Source of the DNA: Cladosporium halotolerans
Taxonomy: Eukaryota
Direction of reading: 5' to 3'
Length of the DNA stretch: 64,000 bases
NCBI RefSeq assembly: GCF_011745625.1
Contig: NW_027191456.1
Location: 186,001-250,000, forward strand
The notes below the pieces were generated by a model, which searched no databases, was not told where the DNA came from, and worked only from the letters and a program-made list of their open reading frames with translations. A program made the position numbers and the translations under genes. Shown one piece after another: positions 35,101 through 46,351 of this stretch (within the stretch, counting starts at the first letter, position 1; each line of letters opens with the position of its first letter).

Positions 35101-38100
35101 GTTGCGTGACGTTGCCAACCGCAGTGGGGATCTGGAGCATGTTGCCCAAGTCGGGAAGTGCCTGGATGACGGCCTCCGGCGTGAAGCGCTCGCTGGCAGC
35201 ACGCTTGGAAAGACCCATCAAATGCATGTCACCGAAGCCATCAGGGCCGCCCTCAGGCACATACTGCTGGAGCATGTTGTTCTCGTGCAGCATCGGTCGA
35301 GATCGAATAACATCAAGAGGCTCAAGTTTGTTGACGTCGATGTTGAGCTCCTTACACAAAACCTCGATCTCGAATTTCTGGTTCAGCTTCAATTCCATGA
35401 AATGGTACAGCTCGGCAAGGAAGCCAAGCAACTCCATGAGCCACGGGTTGGGCGGCTGGAAAATCTTCGACTTCGCGGCGTGCACCAAGACTTTGCAAGT
35501 GAAAGGAATCGCGATGATCAGCCTCTGAGTGTCATTGGCCTCGAGAAGGAGATCCTTGAAGGAGATGTTGCGATGCAAGATCGGCTGGTTGCGTGCCAGG
35601 GTCAGTGATCCTAGCCATCCAGCCAAGTTCTTGAGGCTTGTACGTTCTTGAGGTGAGTCCATGGTGCTCTGGGCGTTGAGCATCTTCGCGCAGCTGATGT
35701 ATGTCTCCCGGAGGACCTCAGCCCAGAGATACTTCTGGTTGAAATTGTCGAGGAGCTGCAGGTACAAAGTCTGGTAGTTGGGTTGCGACTTCGCGAGTTC
35801 CTCAACAAGGTAGCGAGCAAACCACTGGTGGTGCCTGTCTTCGAGCGCATTCTCAAGATCTTTGAACTTCTCCTCCAAGTTTCGCTTAGACATGTTGTTG
35901 AGGACGAAGATCACCTTGTCAGATACCTCTTCATCCGGCGTTTCATAGATGTCGGGCCTGATGGGGGCATCGATGTTGATGCTGTTGAAAGGGGGCGTCG
36001 GGGAGTCGACGGGGAACTCCTCATCGAGGGCGCCATTCGTGATGCCGTTGGCACCGTCACCGTTGAGACTGACGTTCTCCTGGCGAAGCTCTGCCAGCAC
36101 TTTCTCTGCAGCTGGCACAACCTGAGTGTTCCGCAGGTTAGGAATATGCAGAATACGTTCGGCAAGTTGCGGCCAATCCTTGAGGCGATCAGTGAAGTGC
36201 AGCATCGCTTGCATGCCAAACTTCCACATGGAATCCTCGGAGCCGTAGATAGAGACTGCCTCGAAGACCATGTACAAGGCAACTTGCATGCTGAACCCAA
36301 ACAAGACTTCGTACTTGATCAGACCGCCAAAGAGCACGGCAGTCGTGGCAAGAGCCTCGTTGGGGTATTCACCGAAGCAGTTGTACTCATCGAAGAGCCC
36401 GTGAATCATACTTGCGAAGAGGTCCTGATCCGCTGGGTTCTCCGAGGTCTTGAGCTGCTTCAACTGATCGATAACGTCGTTTGCATCGACATCTCCACCG
36501 TACATCCGCTTGTACTGTTCCTCCATCTGGGTGCCGGCCTCCTCAGGAAGACTATTTCCGCGTTCACCGTTGGCAGCGATGATCATGTCCCGTCTCCCAT
36601 CCTCGCCATAGTTAACCAGACGGGGATAGACCTGGAGGGCTTGCCTGAGCAGCGGAACAAAGTCGTCCTCCGGGATGGCATCGTTGATCATCAGAAGCAG
36701 CTTGTGGGCCGTCTTCAGCTGTAGTTGCGGGCTTGCCGGTTGCAACCGATCTCTCTGCACGATAGCCTCGCCTTCCATCTTGCTTCTAACAAAATCGACG
36801 ATTGCTCGTGCGAAAGGTTGGATGCCCATGGCGCTCACATGTTGTTGTGCAAAATCGTCGAGGTCGCAGGTTCCTTTGCTGTGAGCGTACGTGGCCAATT
36901 CCAGCACGAAGCTGCTTTGAATAGTGAGCAGAGCTTCTAGCCAACCATGCTCCACTGCGTGCTCGTAAATTATGCCGATCAAGTTGTTCTCTTGCTGATA
37001 AAATTCGACCATGCGTCCGGCCACCCAAATCTTGTCGTTGCGCCATAATGCATGCATGACAAAATCGTAGTTCTCGTGTTGCTTCAGCAGGAATGGGAAG
37101 AAAAGTTGCTTGAGCGCCTGATCCTGCAGAGCACCCCACGGCTTTGGCACTGCAGCAGCCGCACATACGAAGACGGTCATGTTCGGGTTGATCAAGGTTT
37201 CAGGGATTCCAAGCATCTGAGCTCCGTTATAGGTTTCCTGAGACTGGAAAATCATGGTGAAGAGAGCTTCTGTCGCATCCATAGAGACCAGAGGGTGCTT
37301 GACGGCCTTCTCGGCAAAGGTCCGAACGCTCTCAGATTCGTCCTGGAAATCCTCCAACAAAAAGGCTCGGCGCAGATTCGGGATCTGCGAGACATCCAGC
37401 TCCTCGGGCGTCGTTGAAAGGAAAGCAACTACGAAGCTGAGCTGAGTTTCGGGAATGCTCCATGCGCCGCCCCAAAGTCCCTGAATGTCAAAGTTGGAGT
37501 ATTCGCGAGCAAGAGGAAGGAGTGCCCGGTAGAGGACCAAGAATTGCGCCTTTGTCACGTTGAGCTTGGGGATGTCAAATCCTTGGACAACATCGGCCCA
37601 GTCGATCTTAGCTCCAGCGCGGTGCTGCCTGAGAGCTTGCACAAAGACGCTCGCATCGTAGGCCTGTCCGTTCTCGGCGATAGCCATGAGCAGAAGGGTC
37701 ATAGCAATGGGTCTGTACGCGATATCCTGTGTCCCTACACCGGCGAGAACTTCTTTGCAGGCTTCCAGGCTGGAGGTGCATCGGGGTCCAGCACGCTGTA
37801 CATGACGGGCCAGGCGGCCATCCTGAGAGTCCAATAGCTCCATGAGGGTGATGGTAGACTGCACAATAGGAGGCGGCCTCTGCTTAAGCTCACTGTATCT
37901 CCCAAGCGTCGCGAACTTCAAGTTCTCCCTTTGCTCTTCACCCCAGCTTCTAGGTGGATCTTGAACCATGCGGTCGATGATTGTTGCGATAACTTCATCT
38001 GAGACGTTCAGTTGCGACGCGGCGCCTTGCTTCAGCGCGAGGACTTGGAGGAAGTTGGAGAAGTTGCTGTTGAAAACGTTGTCGGCTAGGATAAGATTAA

Positions 38101-39163
38101 GATGTCAGTGCGCGCTTTCAATAAGTCAAACAGTGATTGGTGCCTCACCCTTCGATCTGAGGTCTGCTTTTGAGACTCTTCTGCAGGCAAGCGCGAGGGT
38201 GACGCGTGCGATTGGATCTAGTCTGAAGTGATCCATAAGCGCATACAGATCGAAATCTCGGAAGAGGTCGCCTTCGTTGGTGTCCAATACCTCGGCGATT
38301 TTGCTCGCTTGCTGCGCTTCTACTGTGATTTTCTGCATCTCCTGTACTAACAGCTGGTAGTTACCAGCAGTGGCAGTGTCTTGCCTGCCACTGCTGGGGA
38401 ATATGGCGGATGCATTGTTTTGCAACAAACGCCTGAAGAATTGTGGGAACACCTCCATGCCGTTATCCTCCACTAGTCTCTGTATTTTCTCGACCTGTGC
38501 TTGCCACTTGGCGCTGTCCCCGTCGTCCTTGATGGTACTGAGGAGGATGTTCAGCTGGGTTACAACCAAGCTGGTGAGCTGTCCCGAGGTGCCGCTAGCG
38601 CTGTGAGGGCCAGCAGACGATACGGGTGAGGCTGCTGAAGAGAGTGAGATGGACGGTGAGTGCCGAGCAAATCGAGAAGCGCCTGCACCGAAAGCGCTTG
38701 CTTGCGACAAAGATGACACGCTAGCAATGGGCGAGGTGACGCGCGGAGTGCTACTAGACGTGACAGTTCGCGCGCGCGGACCGGTATGCAAGGCTGCAGA
38801 CGCGTGGTGCTGCGGTTGGCCTGGTGCCGGGATGCCGCCGAACGAGTGAGTCGACGAGCTCGAAGACTGCCGGCTCGCGACTTGTCGGCCGATGAGATTT
38901 GCGGATTGGTGAGAGTCGGGGCGGGTGGGCGAGAAGGCAGCCCGTGACGGACTACTCGTCGCGCTGGAGGGGAGCGGCTGGCCTGAGGACGTGGTTGAGA
39001 TCGGAGCCAGGCCTCGGCGGGTGAATTGACGGGCGGCGGTGGCTTGCCAGGGCTGCTGCTGTGATCTCGTGCTCCGAGCGGTCGAGGAGGAGGGGTGGTT
39101 GCTGCTGCTGTCGCTGGTGTCGAAGGATGGATCCTGAGAGGAAGGAGGAGGGCGGCCGCTCAT
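32174..39163 (-). CDS. NOT1: CCR4-NOT scaffold subunit Not1; exons 39163-38149 and 38085-32174
   Basis: MIHGLFDEYNCFGEYP..LATTAVLFGG, LKNLAGWLGSLTLARNQPI, PPNPWLMELL, PVVERSVTIAAIST, NQLRYVNGHT, RPHPWGLLVT. The 63-nt GT-AG intron 38086-38148 links the two track ORFs. The start could instead be the ATG at 39180, which is out of frame, so 39163 is preferred. Confidence 0.95.
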
Positions 39164-40199
39164 CGATACGGCGCGCACATTGGAGGTGAAGTATGCAGGA
39201 TGATGGGGGGTTGACGGGAGAGGGAGAGGTACGGCACGTGTTGGGTCGTGCTAAGCTGGCAGTGAGCGTCGTTCTGCTTTAGACGTTGCGCGGAGGGCTC
39301 GAGGTTCGCCGGCTTGCCAAGAAGGCATCTCCTAAACTTTACTCGGCCAGCGACCGACTTTCGCTCACGCCCAATGCGTCATATGCAGGCAGGGACGACG
39401 CTCGCGAATAAATAATGATCAAGGCTCATAGGACTCGTGAGGGTGAAAATGGACGATTTGAGATGCTTGAAATAAGGCATAAATCACTCGTTATCAATGC
39501 TACCCAAGCGGAGTTCAACCGCATTCGTTGCTCCACGCTCACATGTGACAAGCTGAGCGATGAATGTCAATCGCTTCACATGCCAAAACCCACTGCATAA
39601 AGGAGCTTGTCGTGCTCGGTGGGAGCATTAGGCGAATTTCGCTGATCAGCGTGCGAGCTGTATTCCCGTGCTTTTGGTACATGCTGGCTCTCTATACGTG
39701 GTCGTGAGGCGCGCACAATCCGAGTACCTCTCAAGTCGATCATTTCCATCAAGTTTGAGTGTCTGAGGTGTGCTTGTGACATTGATTTGCTCAGGCGCAT
39801 GTATACTGGAGAGACAATCATAGCATTTTCGGGATACAGAACTCCACCTTCTTGACTGTCGACCGAACACATTGGGTATCAAATCGATGCTCCTGATCAC
39901 CTCTTGTTCATAATCTTACCCGCCGTGTCTCAAAGCTTGTGCTGCCTCCACCGCGTCCGAGCTTGCGCTGCTTCAGGGCGCCCTCCACCTCGAACTTTGG
40001 AGCTTCGCCGGACACCTGGCAGCTTCAAGCACGTGCACCAGGCCGACAACGACGCCTACGGACGGCATTGCTTGCACACTCGGATGCAGGCTACAAACGA
40101 AGAATCCACGATCATTCAGCACACTCTTTCATTCGCAAGCGAAGTCAGCGAATCACGAAGCTCCGCAATCCGCGTACACATAACAACACAACTTCCACA

Positions 40200-40784
40200 A
40201 TGCTCAGCGCAATCGCCGGCCTGCAACCCAGGCAGCTTGCCGCCCAGGTCCTGAACTTCGCACTCGTCCTATCAACGGCATTCATGTTATGGAAGGGTCT
40301 TTCAGTAGCAACAGACTCCTCTTCGCCGATTGTGGTGGTGCTTTCGGGCAGCATGGAGCCGGCGTTCCAGCGCGGAGACTTGCTATTCTTGTGGAACAGA
40401 GGCGCGGAGACTCAGGTCGGAGAGGTCGTGGTGTATAACGTGCGAGGGAAGGACATCCCAATCGTTCACAGAGTCATTAGGAAGTTCGGCGGAGGGTAAG
40501 TGGATATATTGTCAGGTCAAAGGGTGGACGGGCTGCTGACGATAGCGTACTATAGGAGCGCGCCATTGCAGTTACTGACGAAGGGCGACAACAATGCGGC
40601 GGACGACACCGAACTCTACGCTCGTGGCCAGAATTTCCTCGACCGCGAGAAGGACGTGGTTGGTAGCGTCTTGGGCTACGTGCCTTTTGTCGGTTACGTG
40701 ACGATCCTCCTGAGCGAGTATCCTTGGCTCAAGACAGCCATGCTGGGTTTCATGGCTCTCACAGTGGTTCTGCAGCGAGAATAG
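40200..40784 (+). CDS. SEC11: Signal peptidase complex catalytic subunit Sec11; exons 40200-40495 and 40556-40784
   Basis: [50 protein letters not shown]. Confidence 0.97.
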
Positions 40785-40889
40785 ATGGGCAATATGTTAC
40801 TGGTTGAAATAGCAAGGAGTCAGGCGCAATTGAAGCGAAGTCCGAGCGACTCGCTGTAGGCTTTGACAGGATCAGCCTACTAAAGATAT

Positions 40890-41600
40890 TTATTTACTCG
40901 CCTGCTGCAGTCTCGCTCTGACACTCATGAGTGCTTCTCCGAGCCGGTTCTCACCCCACTTGCTTCGATTCTCAAGTGCATTCGCAGCCGCGAACCCAAT
41001 GCCCCAGATGCGGTCTGTGGGCGAGGCCTACAAAATCGGACCGTGAGCTTCGTGATAATTAACGCGATCGATGGCTCCTGGTTAGACTCACCTCAACTAG
41101 CTCGCGGTCGCCCGTGTCAAGCAGCAATTGTGCTAGTTCCGGACGGCCTTTGGTCTTTGTGAACTTGTGCCAGTTGCCCTCTTCTACGACGCGGCTCTTG
41201 TCTGTCGGCATTATCAGCATAACATTCCCTATGGAAAAGTATTGACGACTTACGCTCGTCCCATTTTGGACGCGAGAACCCCTTCGCCTTTCTTCCAAGC
41301 GCTTGGTGTTCGGCCGGTATGCTCGTCTGCATCATTTGCTTTGCAATTTCCTATCAACCTCGTCAGTCCCATCACCCGTGTCCTTGTGACTATAGCCACC
41401 AGTCATCGCAAACATACCTCGTCACCGAACAACTTGGCCTTCTGTATCATCATCCACATTTCCGTGCTCAGATACGTGACGCCATCTACCTCGAACGTCG
41501 AGTCGTACCACTGAGACATGAAACCGTAGGGTTCTTCGAACTCGCGCCAGAAGAATACAGGACCGAGCGATGCATCGCCGCTGATCGTTGGGGTGGTCAT
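40890..41600 (-). CDS. NADAR/YbiA-family N-glycosidase; exons 41600-41418, 41350-41254, 41201-41092, 41027-40890
   Basis: Spliced FFWREFEEPYGFMSQWY..F.VDG..Y.STEMWMM.QKAKLFGD...QALGRKAKGF...W...VVEEGNWHKF...LLLDTGDRELVEASPTDRIWGIG...WGENRLGEALMSVR, with the canonical NADAR motifs. Confidence 0.92.
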
Positions 41601-42070
41601 AGTTGCTGTTTCTATTGTTCTAGTATTTCTAGTCGTGGTCGGGAAAGTTGGAGCCTGTGAACGAAGTAGCGAGGTGTGGAGTCGCAGTCGTGAGATCATC
41701 ACCGGTGGCCTTAATGGTGTAGTTCACTATCTCGCAGATTGATCGCACTTCTAGGCTCTGTCCGACTCGCGAGCTGTTGACTCATCCCTCTAAATGCAGC
41801 TTCTGTCTTTAGGCACCCCTGGTTGAACATGCCGATGAAGCCTCTCTGTTTCACAGGACATCATTCCATCAGTTAGCTCCCCTCGTTTTGGGCGGCTTCT
41901 GTCGGCAAACCAGATTTGGCTCCAGCCGCTCTCAAAGAGGCAATCACCGTACACTCTGCAGGACTTGGCTAAAGCGACCTGTCATCGTCAAATCAACTAT
42001 ATAATCACAGTGACCGTTTCGCAAGAAAGAGTATCAAATTCTGATAACAAACAAAACAATCTCAATCAAA

Positions 42071-42688
42071 ATGTCCCTCCACTACGAAGCAATCAACGCG
42101 CCCCAATCCACCGTCCCATCGGACACCACCCAACCCTTCACAATCCCCACCCCACCAAAGACAGACATATGGCGCCGCACCACCCGCGGCGACATGGAAT
42201 TCAACGCCCCCGGCGTCGGCGCCCGCATCCCCGTATCAGCCTTCAAATCCCTCGCCGCGACCGTCTCCGGGCCCTGGAAGACGCAGTTCGACCAAGGCGG
42301 GATCCTGATCGCTTTCCCGCCCAGCCCGGGGGCGGACTTGCACGGCTCGCAGTGGATCAAAGCCGGGATCGAGTTCTTCAACGGCGAGCCGAAGCTGGGC
42401 GTCGTGGGCACTGATCGGTTTTCGGACTGGAGTCTGTGTCCGATGTTTGAGGAGGGTGGCAGGGCTTCGTTTGTGGCGGAGAGGGAGGGTGATACGATTT
42501 GGGTGTATGTTTTTGTGAAAGGGAAGAAGGAGCCGTTGAGGGAGGTCAAGTGGGCGGATCTTGAGGGGAGGGCGGAGGGTGCTGAGATGTGGGTTGGGGT
42601 GTATGGGGCTAAGCCTACGCCGGAGGAGGGCGATGCGAAGGCTGGTATTGATGTTGCGTTTGAGAGCTTCAAGATTGAGACGTGCTAG
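42071..42688 (+). CDS. DUF1349 (Ree1-like, concanavalin-fold) protein
   Basis: TDIWRRT, FDQGGILI, WIKAGIEFFNG, VGTDRFSDWSL, LREVKW, VGVYGAKP. Confidence 0.8.
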   Translation: MSLHYEAINAPQSTVPSDTTQPFTIPTPPKTDIWRRTTRGDMEFNAPGVGARIPVSAFKSLAATVSGPWKTQFDQGGILIAFPPSPGADLHGSQWIKAGIEFFNGEPKLGVVGTDRFSDWSLCPMFEEGGRASFVAEREGDTIWVYVFVKGKKEPLREVKWADLEGRAEGAEMWVGVYGAKPTPEEGDAKAGIDVAFESFKIETC

Positions 42689-42838
42689 AGAATGCTACGC
42701 TGTTCGAATTCACGACAGATTTGTACTGAGCGATGGTAAGTAGAAGATTAGGTACATGCCAATGAAGCCACTCGATGTTAAGTTCTGTAATTTCGCGACT
42801 CCGAGCTGGGTATCTCACACCCTTCCAGGCATGATCAT

Positions 42839-44408
42839 TCAAGACCAGTCGCCTGACAACTCGATGCTCTTGCCTTCCGCCTCGCGCGCCAGAACTTCCT
42901 CCATTGTCCAAGCAGCTGGTACATAGCCTGGAGGGATGTTGGTATTTTCAAAGCTAGTACCGTCAACAATACTAGCGGCAGCTTTGGCGTAGTTGGCCAC
43001 AGCGTATACCTCTGGATCATGCTGGAAGAGCCACTTGGGGACCCTCGACTGGACTTTCGAGACATCGACGGGTCCCTTGGAGAAATCAGTCTTGTGCATG
43101 CGCTCCGCGTTTGCCCAACCGAGGCGTTGTCCGCAGGAGACGCGGTCAAAGCGGAGTAGATTGTGCGTTTTGATGGCTGTGGGGATATTGTCTTTGCCGC
43201 CCTGCTTCAGGCATTCGGCAATGGTCACAGCATCTTCGATCGCTTGAGTGGCCCCGTTGCCTGATGTCGGGAGAAATGAGTGAGCGGCGTCACCAATTTG
43301 GAGAACCCTCGCTACCGGTGAATGCCAGACAGGTTGAGGGTTGCGAAAGATCAAAGGCCAGTGAACGATGTGGCCAGGCGGTGTTGCTTCGACCATGGCT
43401 TTGAGTGGCTCACCCCAGCCTGGTGTCTCGTCCAAGATACTGAGAACATCTTCGCTACTCACCGTCTGATGCCAGGATTCCTTCGTGCTTTGCTCGCCCT
43501 TCTCGTGGTATGTGATGCCCCACACCATCTGATCGTTCTTGCCCTCCCTGTCAATGTAGCAGAGAGCGACTAGATGCGTATCTGGGCCGAGCCAGGTTTG
43601 GGTGATTGGAAATCTGCCGTCCTTTGGTCCAAAGTATTCTTTGATCAGAGGGTTCGCCATGGCAAGGTGCAGCGGGTAAGCGCTGCGAAACACACTTCGG
43701 CCAGATCGAGTTCCTTTATTGCCGTTCGGCATCACGAGTTGCTGTGAGCTTGAGTTCAACCCATCTGCAGCCAGTACAACATCCGCTTCAGTTCGCTCGC
43801 CTTGGTCGGTAGACACACCAGCAACTCCGCGTTCTGCATCCTCGAAGTATTCAACGACTCGCTTTCCGAAAAGAACTTCAATGTTGAACTTTTCGACCTG
43901 GCGCCAGAGCATAGTGTGCCAAAGCACGCGCATCTGCATGACCATGGGGACGTTCTTCGGATCGATGCCGGCCTTGGCCCACATGACGGCGAAAGGCTTC
44001 GCTTCGCCAATGGCCTCACCAGTGTGTCTTCGGTACTGCAGGAAAGCGTTGTGGACCGAGATGCGGTCCAACTCCTTCACCATTTCAGGGTAGTTATTCA
44101 CGAAGCGTCTACCACTTAGACCAATGGTAAACATGTCGCCTGTGTTCGTGTCATCAGCACAAGGTAGCCTCAAGCTCATCCTGTATGGACTTACCACCAG
44201 CAACCGCAGATTCAGAACGCTCCCATATTCGAACGGAATGACCCTTTCGATGACACTCAAGGGCAGCCGTGAGACCTCCAACACCTGCACCAATGATCAA
44301 AACATTGATGCCCGAGGGCGGGTCACACTGGACGTCGTGCTCCAAGCCAAGGCCATTTCCGATGTCTTCAAGCGTATTGTGATCGATAGACTCATTGAAA
44401 TTTGCCAT
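42839..44408 (-). CDS. FAD-dependent aromatic monooxygenase (FAD_binding_3); exons 44408-44195 and 44139-42839
   Basis: VLIIGAGVGGLTAALEC (GxGxxG), ADVVLAADG (DG motif) and QIGDAAHSFLPTSGNGATQAIEDA (GD motif). 55-nt GTAAGT..CAG intron. Confidence 0.93.
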
Positions 44409-45069
44409 CACGAGCACTTGACTAGTGTCGTATCTCAAGTGACAAGCTGATTCGCACGGGTCTTAAAGGGTAGCAACGTGATGAAGCTGGAATGATTGGG
44501 GATGTACGCCTGGGGGCATCTGGATATAAGTGCATACTGTCGACTGGCCTCAGGGTTACAGAAGACCTTCATATAATTGGTACTGACTCAACGTCGGCAT
44601 TAATCGGTCAAAATGTCCCGTCAGGCTGTGAAGATGCCAACTCACGTGGCGTCCACAATCAGGGATGAGCCGACCGAATACGAGCTGTCAGGTACCAGGT
44701 CTAATGATTGGCAGTCACAGCGAACATACTATGTGACTTGTCGTGACTATCACATCGGCGTCGGCGATTTCGGCGCCGAGCGATGTAAGACGCGACGTTG
44801 GCTTGCAGCTTTGCGAGCTGACGCCCCATTTGGCAGTCGTCTAGCTTCACGCTGCGGTTGACACTCTTGAAACGGTCATGTACATATGGGGTCCTGCCGG
44901 ACCATTGCTCCCGAGTGTCCAGACGGTGTCGCCAGTACCATGCAGCTTTGACAAGCTCCACCCTCATGCACCGGCAGTGTGTTCCGGCTGTAAGTACTAC
45001 ATATGCGGCTGTCCAGCTCGCAGCAATCTCCGTTGGAGCCTGTCGAATATACCGTGATCAAGATTTGCA

Positions 45070-45672
45070 TCATTCCGCAGAGCCTTCCTCGGCGTTCTTT
45101 TCGGGTGCCTTAGGAGCGAAGAACATGTCCTTGTAGTAGCGCGCCTCGGCGATGCTCTCCAGGATATCCGCCTTTGCCTCGTGCTTTCCAGCCTTCTGCG
45201 GGCTTGCTTTCAAGACATCAATCGGAGCCCAGCGCTTCGCTGCCTCTTTGATCGCGCTCACGTCCAATATACGGTGGTGCAAGTATGACACCACCTTCCT
45301 CCATGGCTCTTGGCGCAAGAATCTCTGGTCCGCGTGCACAGTATTCCCGGCCAGAAGTGCCTTTTTTCTCTCGGGAACATGTGACTGTATGTATGCGAGC
45401 AATTCGTCTGCTGCTTGTTCCGCGGTTGTCGTGGAGTCAAGGCAGGCTTGCGTGAGGCCAGAATCGCCGTGGTGAGCAGTGCACCATTCGCCCATTTGGT
45501 CTAGTTGCTCTTTCGAGTGGTGTACCACTGCTTCGTAGCCATCATCTAGTATGTTGAGCTCGTAGTCGGTGATGAAGCACGCAAGCGACATGATCGTATC
45601 TTTGCTGGTATCCAGCCCCGTCATTTCGCAGTCTATCCAGACGAGCGGATGTTTAGAGCGAGATTCAGGCAT
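45070..45672 (-). CDS. REX2: Oligoribonuclease (Orn/Rex2, DEDDh exonuclease)
   Basis: PLVWIDCEMTGLD, EWCTAHHGDSGL, LAGNTVHADQRFL, HHRILDVSAIKE, HEAKADILESI. Confidence 0.93.
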   Translation of the reverse strand: MPESRSKHPLVWIDCEMTGLDTSKDTIMSLACFITDYELNILDDGYEAVVHHSKEQLDQMGEWCTAHHGDSGLTQACLDSTTTAEQAADELLAYIQSHVPERKKALLAGNTVHADQRFLRQEPWRKVVSYLHHRILDVSAIKEAAKRWAPIDVLKASPQKAGKHEAKADILESIAEARYYKDMFFAPKAPEKNAEEGSAE

Positions 45673-46351
45673 ATTGGCGAGGTAATGGTAAAAGAGAGGT
45701 AAAAGTCGCTTCGAGGGCGAATGTAATTGGCAGCAGGTACAGTGAGCAATGATCTTCCCGAGCTTTCAAAATCACGACGCGACTGTAGCGCGTGCGTTCT
45801 GGCGTGTGAGCGTCATGGCCACAGTTTCGAAAATGGCCGACCTCAGCTTAACAAAACTCGCCAATACGTCGAGATCGATGACATGCCTCCTTGCTCATGC
45901 CGAGTTTGGCTACGCTGACGATACGGCTGATACAGAACACGATGTTAAGACATCTTAATATGGACCTCCAATCTTAATACCCTGACACTCAAGATGCAGC
46001 GACTTCATCACTTTTCAGTCCTCAAAGCCGAATTTCAACGGCTGAACGCAAGCGCATTAGATCTGTAGAGTAATGCATAACACGTGTTTATCGATCCTCC
46101 GTGTCACGCAAAGTTGGCGTGCGATTGTGTCGCCAGTGATCTGGATCACAGGCAACGCCAAGGGAAGTCTACGGCCGGAAGAAGCACGACAACGTCAACA
46201 TTCTTGACTATTTGAAACCTTCTGTACGCACGCTTCTTTAGGCGCTTGCCTATCTACAGAAAACAAGGCCGAAACACTCAACATAAAAGCTGTAGGCAAG
46301 CCTGTGAACTTCCCTCTCTGTACGACTATATCTATGATACAATTCGGTGCA

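Noticed and set aside
45673..45765. Non-AUG N-terminal extension of the oligoribonuclease; similar open frames upstream of eIF3c and SEC11
   Set aside because: Short open frames are expected in GC-rich DNA and show no clear presequence. Needs ribosome profiling.
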